A program made the position numbers and the translations under genes. Of a DNA stretch of 64,000 nt, positions 9,618-18,452 are shown piece by piece. The notes under the pieces are model-generated. The model searched no databases. It was given only the letters and a program-made list of their open reading frames with translations, and was not told the origin of the DNA. Source of the DNA: a virus. The stretch lies in IMG/VR virus record IMGVR_UViG_3300021440_000018, positions 15,165 to 79,164 of that record. One strand, written 5' to 3'. Positions within the stretch are counted from its first letter, which is position 1; each line of letters starts with the position of its first letter.

Positions 9618-9677
9618 GGCCCACACTGTCCCAAAGTGGGCCAATGTGTCCCACTTTGGGACACAGTGTCCCCCTCC
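9618..9677. repeat. Three further 20-bp-period repeats of the same family (core GGGACACAGTGTCCC)
   Basis: Units start at 9618, 9638 and 9658. Confidence 0.85.
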
Positions 9678-9945
9678 CCGACCCAAAATCCGCCGATTTT
9701 TTGACACTCCCGCAACTTGGGTAGCCACTCGGCTACACTTCCGCCCCCAAGGGGGCTTGAAACGGCTCCCCGGCCCAGGCCGGAGACGGGGCCCAACCTC
9801 GAAAGGACCTGAGATGACCCCCCACGCCCACGCCCACGCCCCCATCGGAGCCCCCGCCGAAATCCAGGCCCAAATCCCCATCGGCGAGGCCACCGAAATC
9901 CCCTTCTCCACCTGGCTGATGGCCAAGTTCAAGGGAGCCTGACTC

Positions 9946-10086
9946 ATGCTGCGCTTCATCGCCCTGGTCGCCGGCCTGTGCTCGATCGCCGCCGCAACCA
10001 ACCTCACTACGAGCTTGACCGCGCACGTCGTGCTCACGTTCCTGGCCCTCGTGCTCATCCTGGGGCTGGCATTCCCCCGGGAGTGA
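9946..10086 (+). CDS. Small two-TM membrane protein (46 aa; not in ORF track)
   Basis: GGGAG RBS; MLRFIALVAGLCSIAAA...VVLTFLALVLILGLAFPRE. Confidence 0.55.
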   Translation: MLRFIALVAGLCSIAAATNLTTSLTAHVVLTFLALVLILGLAFPRE

Positions 10087-10232
10087 CACTTTCCGAATTC
10101 AGGACCCACCCGAGCAGGGCTTGCAACCGCGAAGCGGCCGCGAACCCTGTCGAGTGCGCCCATCGGTGCACTGCCCCCGCCCACGGCGAGGGCCCTATTG
10201 CGTCCTACAGGACGCGCAACCAAGGAGTACGT

Positions 10233-10325
10233 ATGCGAACCCTCAACTGGCCATTTATCGCCGTAGCGGCCTTCCTGGCCGCTTTCTGGGCCATCCCCGC
10301 TCTCATCTGGATCTGGAGCCTGTGA
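10233..10325 (+). CDS. Small membrane peptide (30 aa)
   Basis: AAGGAG RBS; MRTLNWPFIAVAAFLAAFWAIPALIWIWSL; stop overlaps the next start. Confidence 0.5.
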   Translation: MRTLNWPFIAVAAFLAAFWAIPALIWIWSL

Positions 10326-10483
10326 TGGACCACATCCTCCACGACTTCAACACCCACGGCGCGGAGGCCCTGCGCCACCTGGATTCGGACCTGGGCGCGG
10401 ATCAGGTCGACGTGTTCATCGCACGGCACGAGTCCATCGACGAGATCGAGATCGAGCACACACCCGAGGAGGGCTTGCAATGA
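10325..10483 (+). CDS. Small acidic early protein (52 aa)
   Basis: GGAG RBS; stop/start coupling on both sides. Confidence 0.6.
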   Translation: MDHILHDFNTHGAEALRHLDSDLGADQVDVFIARHESIDEIEIEHTPEEGLQ

Positions 10484-10668
10484 AGCTCAATAGGCGCGAA
10501 TTCGCAACGATCCGGGCGGCACTGCTCTACTGGCAAGCCAATGAGCCGTACAAGGACAGCCCCGGGTTCGACCACATCGCCACGGACGGGGGCACTCTCG
10601 TGCCCATGTCCGAGTCCGAAATCGACGCTCTTTACGAGCGGCTCAACTTCTTGGAGTACGAGCAATGA
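10480..10668 (+). CDS. Early protein, paralog A (62 aa)
   Basis: ATGA coupling; similar to the next ORF. Confidence 0.75.
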   Translation: MKLNRREFATIRAALLYWQANEPYKDSPGFDHIATDGGTLVPMSESEIDALYERLNFLEYEQ

Positions 10669-10880
10669 ACCTGAACCTCAGACAACTCGCCACCCTGGTG
10701 GCCGCGCTCGACTACTGGAAGCGCGAGGGCCTGATGTCCAACGGCTACGAGCACGAGACGGCCCGACTCTCGGGCCTGATCGAGCCCCTTGCCCAGGCCG
10801 AAATCGACGACCTCAGGTGGCAACTCAGGGAGGCCATCGTCGAGAAGGGCACCACCAGTACCCAAACCAAGGAGTCATGA
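10665..10880 (+). CDS. Early protein, paralog B (71 aa)
   Basis: ATGA coupling; shares LN.R..AT..AAL.YW...EID.L...L with the previous ORF. Confidence 0.75.
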   Translation: MNLNLRQLATLVAALDYWKREGLMSNGYEHETARLSGLIEPLAQAEIDDLRWQLREAIVEKGTTSTQTKES

Positions 10881-11098
10881 CCATGAACCTGACCCGATTC
10901 GAGGACTACGTGCGCCTCACCGGCCACGCACCGAGCGAGCCACCCATCACCCTGTGGCGGGTCAACGGGCTTGCCTCAGGCTACCTGTTTCCGTCCCTGA
11001 TCCAAGCCGTGAAGGCCCGCTTGATCCACTTCCGCGACGACACCCCCGCCCAGGCCCAGGCCCGCATCAGCGTCGCCAACTACGTGAAGGAACCCTGA
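10877..11098 (+). CDS. Hypothetical early protein
   Basis: AAGGAG RBS; GC3-rich codons. Confidence 0.65.
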   Translation: MTMNLTRFEDYVRLTGHAPSEPPITLWRVNGLASGYLFPSLIQAVKARLIHFRDDTPAQAQARISVANYVKEP

Positions 11099-11100
11099 CC

Positions 11101-11361
11101 ATGCACACACTCGCCCTCGCCGTCATCACCGACGGCGCCAGCTACGCCAAGCGGCTGGCAATCGCATTCGAGAACGATCCTCAATTGAGGCTCGCCGAGA
11201 TTCACAAGATCGTGCACGTGCAAGCGTCGATCGACAACTACACCCTGGCGGACTGCTCGTGGACCCGCGAGGACGTGCAGCAAGCCACGCTCGATGTGGC
11301 CTGGTACATGGCGACGCACCGCGCCGAGTTGGAGCGGGACTCGAAGCTCGCCGTGAAGTGA
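11101..11361 (+). CDS. Hypothetical early protein
   Basis: AAGGA RBS; tight packing. Confidence 0.65.
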   Translation: MHTLALAVITDGASYAKRLAIAFENDPQLRLAEIHKIVHVQASIDNYTLADCSWTREDVQQATLDVAWYMATHRAELERDSKLAVK

Positions 11362-11386
11362 CACAACTGAACAAGGAGAACTTGAG

Positions 11387-11581
11387 ATGCAGATCGAATT
11401 CATTCGCGGCCAAGTGGAGCCCGAGATCGTGCCCAAGGACGGCTGCCCTTGGAACCTCTACGGTCCCATGCAATCCGTGCGTGCGTACAAGGTCGGGTAC
11501 GGGGAGGTGGTGCTCTACGGGGACTACTACCCGTTTCACGAGGACTTCGACGCCTATCGCGTCTCGCTGATCGGAGCTTGA
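11387..11581 (+). CDS. Hypothetical early protein
   Basis: AAGGAGAAC RBS motif. Confidence 0.7.
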   Translation: MQIEFIRGQVEPEIVPKDGCPWNLYGPMQSVRAYKVGYGEVVLYGDYYPFHEDFDAYRVSLIGA

Positions 11582-11582
11582 G

Positions 11583-11771
11583 ATGAACAAGAACACCGCC
11601 CAGGCCCAGGACCTCACCTACTACAGATTGTCGGGTGTGGACCATGACGGCAAACCCTTCGTCCGTACCTCCACCAACCTGGCCTATCTGCGCTGCATCA
11701 ATGCGTGGAAGGCGCGCATGTACATGGTCAAGGACGGCAAGCCCCGCTTGATGTGGGCGATTCACAACTGA
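11583..11771 (+). CDS. Hypothetical early protein
   Basis: GGAG RBS; tight packing. Confidence 0.65.
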   Translation: MNKNTAQAQDLTYYRLSGVDHDGKPFVRTSTNLAYLRCINAWKARMYMVKDGKPRLMWAIHN

Positions 11772-11784
11772 AAGGAGAACTGAG

Positions 11785-12021
11785 ATGCACATCGAAATCA
11801 TCGGCAACCCCGACGGGGAGCGCGAGGCATTCATGCAGGCGATGGCGCGGCTGCTGCGCTGGGGCGACCCCAACCTGAGGGCTCGCGTCATGTGCTCCGA
11901 GCGCAACGAGAGCGGGTGGCTGGAGTGGCTCATCTGGATCGGCAACGCCGAGGGCCAGCACCGCATCACCATCGGCATGATCCAGCGCTCGCCGGATGCC
12001 GAGTTCGAGTTCCATTCGTAG
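11785..12021 (+). CDS. Hypothetical early protein
   Basis: AAGGAGAACTGAGATG start motif. Confidence 0.7.
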   Translation: MHIEIIGNPDGEREAFMQAMARLLRWGDPNLRARVMCSERNESGWLEWLIWIGNAEGQHRITIGMIQRSPDAEFEFHS

Positions 12022-12030
12022 GAGGTCACC

Positions 12031-12291
12031 ATGCACGCGGTGAAACCAGGCTTTGTGTACGCCATCGTCACTCTGACCGTGGCCATCCCCTTAAGTAAGG
12101 CCGAACCCGGGGAGGTCCCGACCTATTCCAGCTACGACGATGCCCGAGCCTGCGACGGCATCAACGACTTCCTCAACGGCCAGATCATGGAGCATGGGTC
12201 CGAAGCCCTGATCCATGACTGGGCCATCGAGAACATTGACTTCAGGGTCTCACGTCAAGACCCCCAAGAAGGGGAACTGGTCAGAACTTGA
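12031..12291 (+). CDS. Hypothetical early protein
   Basis: AGGAGG RBS. Confidence 0.7.
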   Translation: MHAVKPGFVYAIVTLTVAIPLSKAEPGEVPTYSSYDDARACDGINDFLNGQIMEHGSEALIHDWAIENIDFRVSRQDPQEGELVRT

Positions 12292-12315
12292 ACCCCAACT
12301 GAAAGGAGAACTGAG

Positions 12316-12630
12316 ATGGCAAAGCTGGCACTGTGCCCGCGCTGCTGCGGGATACCGGACTTCGACGAGGACGGCCGAGCATTCACCTGCTACTTCTGTT
12401 GCGACACCGGGACGGTCGACAAGTGGGTGGCGGATAGTCATGCACGGGATGCGGCCTGGCATTACTACGTGGAGTGTGAGCGTCGAATCGCGGAACGCGC
12501 CGCACTTGGAGTGCCGGCCGGCTACGGCTACTACTTCGACGACTACGACGGCACGCTGGTGCTGGTGCCGCCGCAGGGTCGGAACGTAGCCCTACCTCTG
12601 CACTGCATCGACAACGACATCCCCTTCTAA
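12316..12630 (+). CDS. Zn-finger early protein ending in DNDIPF
   Basis: CPRC...CYFC motif; C-terminus resembles the SSB tail (DDDIPF). Confidence 0.7.
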   Translation: MAKLALCPRCCGIPDFDEDGRAFTCYFCCDTGTVDKWVADSHARDAAWHYYVECERRIAERAALGVPAGYGYYFDDYDGTLVLVPPQGRNVALPLHCIDNDIPF

Positions 12631-12645
12631 ACAAGGAGAACTGAA

Positions 12646-12996
12646 ATGAACAACACCAGCACGGCCGACAGGCTACGCGCTTTCCTCGCGGATGAAGCGA
12701 ACGTGACCATGCGCGGCCCTTCTGTGTTTGACATGGGAAACGGGTTCCGAGACACGGTAATGCGCCGCCACTTCCAGTGCTCCAACGGGATCACCGTGAG
12801 CATTCAGCAGGGTGCTACGCACTACTGCAACAAGATCGAGAACACATTCGAGATGTGGAACTGCCCGCACCTCCCGATGCTGCAGCCCTACGGGAGCGGG
12901 GAGGACGGCCCGTACGCCCACGTCCCCTTCGACGTGGTGGTGCAGTACATCGACGCGATCGAGTCCGATCCGAACTTCAACCGGAAGGAGAACTGA
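12646..12996 (+). CDS. Hypothetical early protein (116 aa)
   Basis: Start motif; CSNGITVSIQ...HYC. Confidence 0.7.
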   Translation: MNNTSTADRLRAFLADEANVTMRGPSVFDMGNGFRDTVMRRHFQCSNGITVSIQQGATHYCNKIENTFEMWNCPHLPMLQPYGSGEDGPYAHVPFDVVVQYIDAIESDPNFNRKEN

Positions 12997-12997
12997 G

Positions 12998-13237
12998 ATG
13001 AAAGACACCGGAGGCTTGATCTTCCCCTGGCAGATGCAGCAGGGCTACTTCCTCGACCCGAGGACGAATCAGAACGAGCCGTACTACGTGCCGGTCCCCG
13101 GGTCCCTGACCCTGCGCGGGTACTTCGCGGGACTTGTGATGCCGTATCTCGTGCCCGTGCACAACGCGGACGGCGCTGCGCGTCACGCCGTTGCCTACGC
13201 CGACGCCCTCATCGAAGAACTGAAGAAGGGGGGCTAA
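12998..13237 (+). CDS. Hypothetical phage protein
   Basis: Start motif; LTLRGYFAG...AVAYADALIEEL pattern common in phage ORFs. Confidence 0.7.
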   Translation: MKDTGGLIFPWQMQQGYFLDPRTNQNEPYYVPVPGSLTLRGYFAGLVMPYLVPVHNADGAARHAVAYADALIEELKKGG

Positions 13238-13292
13238 CCCCTATTCAATTCCGAATCACTCACATTGACACTTTCACACAAGGAGAACCGAC

Positions 13293-13865
13293 ATGGCTAA
13301 CACCAACCCCACCACGGGCATCCGCTACGGCGTGATCGCCATGAACTCCATCGACCCCGACGTGGCCAACGAACTCTGGTATGGGCCGGGCGCGGTCGAC
13401 ATGAGCTACGAAAACGCCTGTGCCGAGGCGCGCAAGGAGGCGGCGCGGGAGTTCGACAACCTGCTTGAATCGGCCGAGGTCGCGGCATACGAGATCGACC
13501 CCGGCATGAGCGACAGCGAGCGCGAAGCCTTCATCGAGCGCTGGTTCGAGGAGGCCGGCGAATTCCACGACCAGGAGGCATTCGTCGATGCGCGCGTCGA
13601 CTACTTCGGGGATCAATGCCAGATCGACGAGCCCGTGATCGAGGGCAAGTACGAGGGCATCGACTACATGATCGACTGGCTCGGAGGTGCGCCCCTGCTG
13701 TGGGTGTTCGAGGGTCCGATCGGGTGGGCGAACGAACTGTGTTCGCCCTGCGTGCCCAACGCCGCGAACCTGGACGGAGGGTTCGGCACGGGTGAAGTTG
13801 CGGATGACTGCCGGGTGTACCCCTGCTACGTCATCCCGCGTGACTGGCTTGCGAAGGAGGTGTGA
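13293..13865 (+). CDS. Acidic hypothetical protein (190 aa)
   Basis: Preceded by the TGACACTTTCACACAAGGAG linker; CSPCVP motif. Confidence 0.75.
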   Translation: MANTNPTTGIRYGVIAMNSIDPDVANELWYGPGAVDMSYENACAEARKEAAREFDNLLESAEVAAYEIDPGMSDSEREAFIERWFEEAGEFHDQEAFVDARVDYFGDQCQIDEPVIEGKYEGIDYMIDWLGGAPLLWVFEGPIGWANELCSPCVPNAANLDGGFGTGEVADDCRVYPCYVIPRDWLAKEV

Positions 13866-13866
13866 G

Positions 13867-14418
13867 ATGGACGCGCTGACCCCCTGGCAGCACCCAAGCC
13901 ACTACGCCGGCTTCAGCCCCGACGGGGACTACCTCATGCTCGCCCAGCACCGCGAATCCGACGCCCTGGACCGCAGCAACTACACCTGCGCGTTCAAGGC
14001 CCTGCGCAAGGCATGTGAGGGCTTGGCCGATGCACCGGAGGAGCCGCTGTACGACGCGTTCCCCGGCCGAGATGGATGCCTGAGTCCGAGGTCGAGCGGA
14101 TGGGTCTACGACTTCCGTGCGAGTCACCCTCTCGTGGGCTGGATCGAGTACCTGCTGGTGCGCAAGGACGCACCCGAGAAGGTCCTCGCCCTCGCCCAGG
14201 CCCTCGCCGATCGCATCGAGGACTACCCCATCCTCGACGAGGACCACTACAGCGAACTCGAATGGGGCGAGGTCGCGCAATTCTGGTCTGACTCCAGCGT
14301 CAGGGATCGACTGGAATTCATACGCTCATCGGGATCCACAGTCTCGATGTTCGCCGCCCGTCGCGCGGACTTCCCGCAGGACGACGACGGGAGACTCTTC
14401 GACTACCTGCGGGATTGA
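13867..14418 (+). CDS. Hypothetical phage protein (183 aa)
   Basis: AAGGAGG RBS; YPILDEDHYSELE motif. Confidence 0.75.
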   Translation: MDALTPWQHPSHYAGFSPDGDYLMLAQHRESDALDRSNYTCAFKALRKACEGLADAPEEPLYDAFPGRDGCLSPRSSGWVYDFRASHPLVGWIEYLLVRKDAPEKVLALAQALADRIEDYPILDEDHYSELEWGEVAQFWSDSSVRDRLEFIRSSGSTVSMFAARRADFPQDDDGRLFDYLRD

Positions 14419-14430
14419 CACTTTGAAAGG

Positions 14431-14661
14431 ATGAGCATGTACAACGGGCACAAGGACTGGAACCACTGGAACGTGAGCCTGTGGATCAACAACGACGAGG
14501 GCTTGTACCTCACGGCCCGCGACTTCGTTCGCACTTCCAAGAACAAGACTGAAGCCGCGGTTCGCATGGTCGACTTCATGGCCTCCTTCAATGGAGGGAA
14601 GACACCGGACGGCGCTCTCTACAACGTGCCGTCTGTCCGGGCTGCGATGGTCGATATGTAG
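14431..14661 (+). CDS. Conserved phage protein (YNG...WNVSLWINNDEGLY; DUF7249-like)
   Basis: Motif recalled from memory; not verified. Confidence 0.65.
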   Translation: MSMYNGHKDWNHWNVSLWINNDEGLYLTARDFVRTSKNKTEAAVRMVDFMASFNGGKTPDGALYNVPSVRAAMVDM

Positions 14662-14691
14662 GTCTGACACTTTCACACAAGGAGTATTCAC

Positions 14692-16092
14692 ATGGAAGGC
14701 GCACAAGAGTTGTTCAACAAGGTTGCCGAGGAACTCGGCAAGGAACTCGACTGGCATCTGGATCTGCAGGAGCGGTTCGAGCCGCACCCGGCTGTCCTGC
14801 TTGCCGTCGAGAAGTTCACGTGCAGTTGCATCAACAGGTTGGTCCGCGAGTGGCCGCACCAGGCCGAGATGGATCGCGCTCGCCTGGCCTACACCCAGGG
14901 CGACGAGAAGGGTCGGCGCAACCTGCAGACCGTCACGACCCTGGGCCGCTACCTGACCCGCCACTTCCCCGAGATGCCTCAGACCGAGATCACGGGCGCA
15001 GTGCAGCGATACACCGCCACGGGTTGCCGCATCGTCAGGACCATCGAGGAGATCGTGGGTGCGGTTCAGAACGGGCCAGGTTCGTGCATGCAGTTCGACG
15101 ACGACGACGAACTGATTAGAACCGGGGGGCACCACCCCTACGAGTGCTACGACCCGGACCTGGGCTGGGCTTGCGCCATCCGGGTCGACGAAGGTGGGCA
15201 GATCAACGCACGAGCCCTCGTCTACGAACAGGACGGGCACAAGTGCTTCGTCCGCAGCTACCAGCGCTGCTCGGGCTATTCCGGGCCCGATCCTGAATTG
15301 GTGGCGTGGTTGGAGGGGCAGGGCTACACGCACGAGAGCGCATGGCCGGATGGAACGAAGCTGGCCCGCATTGAAGTCGACCGGGGTCTCGTCGCACCAT
15401 ACATCGACGGCGGGAGACAGTGCCTGGACGACGACGGGGATAGCCTCGTGATTCGTCTACGCGGCAGGTACCACGCGACGAATACGAGCGGCCTCCTTGA
15501 GAACTGCAACTACGAGGAGTGCGAGTGCTGCGGTCAAGGATTCTACGAAGACGACATGACCTGGGTGGGTAGACACGAGGACACCCGTGTCTGTCAAGGG
15601 TGCCTGGATGGGTGCTACATCTATGTCGAGGCATCAAGAGGCGCCGAATACTACGTGCTTAGCGACGATGCGATCGAGATCAGCGGGACCTACTACGACA
15701 GGGACAACCTGCCCAGTTGCATCGTCGAGTTGCACGACGGCGACTATGCCCACGAGGACGACGTGGTGCGCTGTGAGACCGACGACGAGTATTACCTGAG
15801 CAACGACGACGACCTGGTCTGGGTCTATGGTGATGCCTACCTGTACGGCGACGACACCATCGTCGAGTTGAAGTCGGGGGAGTACGTGCTGAGAGAGGAC
15901 GCGTGGCAGTGCTACGAGACGGAGGATTGGTACTCCTACTCCGATGTCAGTCCGGTCGAGGTCGACGGTCACGAGTACCACCCCGACCACGCCCCGGAAA
16001 CCGAAGAGGACTACGACAAGCCCGAGGGCTCGATCCCCAACGAGCTTCAGCAGCCCCTGCCCTTGACAGTATCGGAGGCTGAGACGGTATGA
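14692..16092 (+). CDS. 466-aa protein with N-terminal SCM-motif domain and acidic Cys/Tyr-rich C-terminal repeats
   Basis: GPGSCM, ARALV, APYIDG, CECC...CQGC, then repeated VEL..G.Y...DD segments. Confidence 0.75.
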   Translation: MEGAQELFNKVAEELGKELDWHLDLQERFEPHPAVLLAVEKFTCSCINRLVREWPHQAEMDRARLAYTQGDEKGRRNLQTVTTLGRYLTRHFPEMPQTEITGAVQRYTATGCRIVRTIEEIVGAVQNGPGSCMQFDDDDELIRTGGHHPYECYDPDLGWACAIRVDEGGQINARALVYEQDGHKCFVRSYQRCSGYSGPDPELVAWLEGQGYTHESAWPDGTKLARIEVDRGLVAPYIDGGRQCLDDDGDSLVIRLRGRYHATNTSGLLENCNYEECECCGQGFYEDDMTWVGRHEDTRVCQGCLDGCYIYVEASRGAEYYVLSDDAIEISGTYYDRDNLPSCIVELHDGDYAHEDDVVRCETDDEYYLSNDDDLVWVYGDAYLYGDDTIVELKSGEYVLREDAWQCYETEDWYSYSDVSPVEVDGHEYHPDHAPETEEDYDKPEGSIPNELQQPLPLTVSEAETV

Positions 16093-16322
16093 ACTTCGAC
16101 ATCAACACCCCGGAAGGCATGGCCTACGCCAAGCGTTGGACTCTGGGCATGTTGTCCATGATCCGCGACGGCGGCGCATGGGCGGTCCCCCGCAACGCAT
16201 CGGTCTACATCGTGGACCACAAGGCCAAGACGCTGACCCGATCGGGGATGAAACCCGACCCGTCCATCAACAAGGTTGCCGCTGCCATTGGATGGCGCGT
16301 CATCGAGCGCAACTCGCAATGA
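16089..16322 (+). CDS. Hypothetical protein (77 aa)
   Basis: ATGA overlap with upstream gene. Confidence 0.65.
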   Translation: MNFDINTPEGMAYAKRWTLGMLSMIRDGGAWAVPRNASVYIVDHKAKTLTRSGMKPDPSINKVAAAIGWRVIERNSQ

Positions 16323-16378
16323 CGTTTATTCACGTTAGGGCTACACTGTATACCCACACGTGTATAAAGTGAGGCAGC

Positions 16379-17023
16379 ATGGCTAGGATTAAGGATGAGA
16401 CGGGGAAGCGATTCGGGTCCCTCGTAGTGGTTGGTGCCGGCCCGATGGCCCGTAATCTTAGGCATTGGGTGTGTCTGTGTGACTGCGGATGGACCACTGC
16501 ACCAATTTCAGGGGCGGCTTTACGCTCCGGGAATACTAGGTCCTGCGGGTGTCTGAAGAGGACGAATAACGCGGCTAGGACCCACGGGATGACAGGGCAT
16601 CCCGCTCTGGAGTCCTATAAAGGGGCTAAACGCAGATGTCTAAGCCCGAGGTGCCACTCGTACCCCTTTTACGGCGGGCGTGGTATTAAGTTTCTGCTGC
16701 CCGCGTTCAGCGAATTTTGGTTTGTGCTGGGCTCTGCGTGGTTTCCGGGGGCTACCCTGGAGAGAGTAAACAACGAGGGGCATTACGAGATCGGCAATAT
16801 CCGATGGGCCACACGCGCGGAGCAGTGCTTGAACACCAGAAACAGCGTGCTGTTAACCCACGGCGGAAAAACACAAAACCTATCCACCTGGGCCGCTGAA
16901 CTCGGGATCAACCCCGGGAGTCTGAGTGAGAGGGTTAAGAAGTGGGGGGTGGACCGGGCGCTATCCACGCCCAAGAAAGTACGTTTGTTTGACTTATCTA
17001 CACACAAGGAACCTTCAACATGA
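16379..17023 (+). mobile_element. Free-standing HNH homing endonuclease
   Basis: CLCDCG...SCGC, YGGRGI, LERVNNEGHYEIGNIRWAT motifs; lower GC than its flanks. Confidence 0.85.
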
Positions 17024-18150
17024 ACATGGATACTTTTCATAAGGCAATTTCGATGAAGCGCAGGTCCGGTAGCGACGGGGAGACACAGTTTGTGGCTTAC
17101 CTGGCTGGGTTGCTGTCCCCCACGCTAATTGATGAGGCTGGGAACCTTCACTTTGACCTAAGGGTAGACCAAGGAAACCGGACACTGTTCGTAGCCCACA
17201 CGGACACAGTTAGCCGCGGTTCTTGCGTGAATAACGAGTTCACCGTGGATGAAAAGGGCTTCTACCAGGCTAGCGGGGATACCCTTGGGGCGGATGACGG
17301 TGCCGGGGTCTCTATCCTCACTGAGCTAATCCAGCAACAAGTCCCGGCGTACTACATCTTCCTGCGCTCGGAGGAGCGTGGCGGCATCGGGTCCAAGTTC
17401 GTAGCCAAGACCTATCCGAAACTCCTGGCCGAGTTCGATCGTGCCATCGCCTTCGATCGGCGCGGCTACTCCGATGTGATCACGCACCAGGCCGGAGGTC
17501 GCTGTGCCTCGAACGAGTTCGCCGAGGCCCTGAGCGACAGGCTCAACGACCTGGGCCTGCTGTACATGCCGTGTGACGGTGGCATCTACACCGACACGGC
17601 CGAGTTCGTCGACTTCATTCCCGAGTGCACGAACATCTCCGTGGGCTACGACAACGAGCACGGCAACCGAGAGTCCCAGGATGGCCCGTACTTGCAGCAA
17701 CTGTGCGAGGCGGCGCTCGACCTGGACTGGGACAGCCTGCCCGTCAAGCGAGAGCCGGGCGACGACGGGTACGACGAGCAACCGCGCGTCGGGGGCTGGA
17801 TGTTCGGGGGCCGTACCGGCTACGAGGAGGTCATCGACACCAAGACCTCGTTCAAATCTTCGAGCCGGGCCTTCGTTGACGACGACTACGACGACCGTGA
17901 GCAAGAGGCCTGGTTCCCGACGATCGACTCGCCCCAGGACCAGGACATCGCCGACGCCGTGTACAGCGCCCTCGGCGGAGACCCCGAGCACTTGATCCGC
18001 ATGGTGGCGCGACGCCTGGGGCGCAGCGAATCCCGGATCGACCCCGCGATGTTCGAGCCCCAGGAAGTCGAGGCCATCGCCTCGTACGCAACCATGTGGG
18101 ACGACGTGGTGGAAACGCTGGTCGACGAGGCCGGCTTGTTTATCAACTGA
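17020..18150 (+). CDS. M28/M20-like zinc peptidase (376 aa)
   Basis: AHTDTV, GADDGAG, EERGG, FDRRG and NEH metal-ligand pattern; acidic C-terminus. Confidence 0.85.
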   Translation: MNMDTFHKAISMKRRSGSDGETQFVAYLAGLLSPTLIDEAGNLHFDLRVDQGNRTLFVAHTDTVSRGSCVNNEFTVDEKGFYQASGDTLGADDGAGVSILTELIQQQVPAYYIFLRSEERGGIGSKFVAKTYPKLLAEFDRAIAFDRRGYSDVITHQAGGRCASNEFAEALSDRLNDLGLLYMPCDGGIYTDTAEFVDFIPECTNISVGYDNEHGNRESQDGPYLQQLCEAALDLDWDSLPVKREPGDDGYDEQPRVGGWMFGGRTGYEEVIDTKTSFKSSSRAFVDDDYDDREQEAWFPTIDSPQDQDIADAVYSALGGDPEHLIRMVARRLGRSESRIDPAMFEPQEVEAIASYATMWDDVVETLVDEAGLFIN

Positions 18151-18161
18151 AGGAGAGTGCT

Positions 18162-18428
18162 ATGGAGCAGACACGAGTCTCGATCCGAATCAGCAAGACC
18201 ATCGCCAACGACCTGGAGGTTCGCAGCCCGGATGAAGACGGGTGCTGGCGGGGCATCGATACCCCTGGGGTGTACTGGCTCACCCGCCAAGAGGCCCTGC
18301 AGATCCGGGCCGACTGCGAGTACCAGGGCAACGTCGGCGGGAACTACATCGACCCCGTGAGTTCCGGCCTGACCCGAGCGTACAGGGCTTTGTACAAGCA
18401 GATCGGCGAAGCCCTGCTCCTCATCTGA
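18162..18428 (+). CDS. Hypothetical protein
   Basis: AAGGAG RBS. Confidence 0.65.
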   Translation: MEQTRVSIRISKTIANDLEVRSPDEDGCWRGIDTPGVYWLTRQEALQIRADCEYQGNVGGNYIDPVSSGLTRAYRALYKQIGEALLLI

Positions 18429-18452
18429 CACTTTCACACAAGGAGAACTGAC

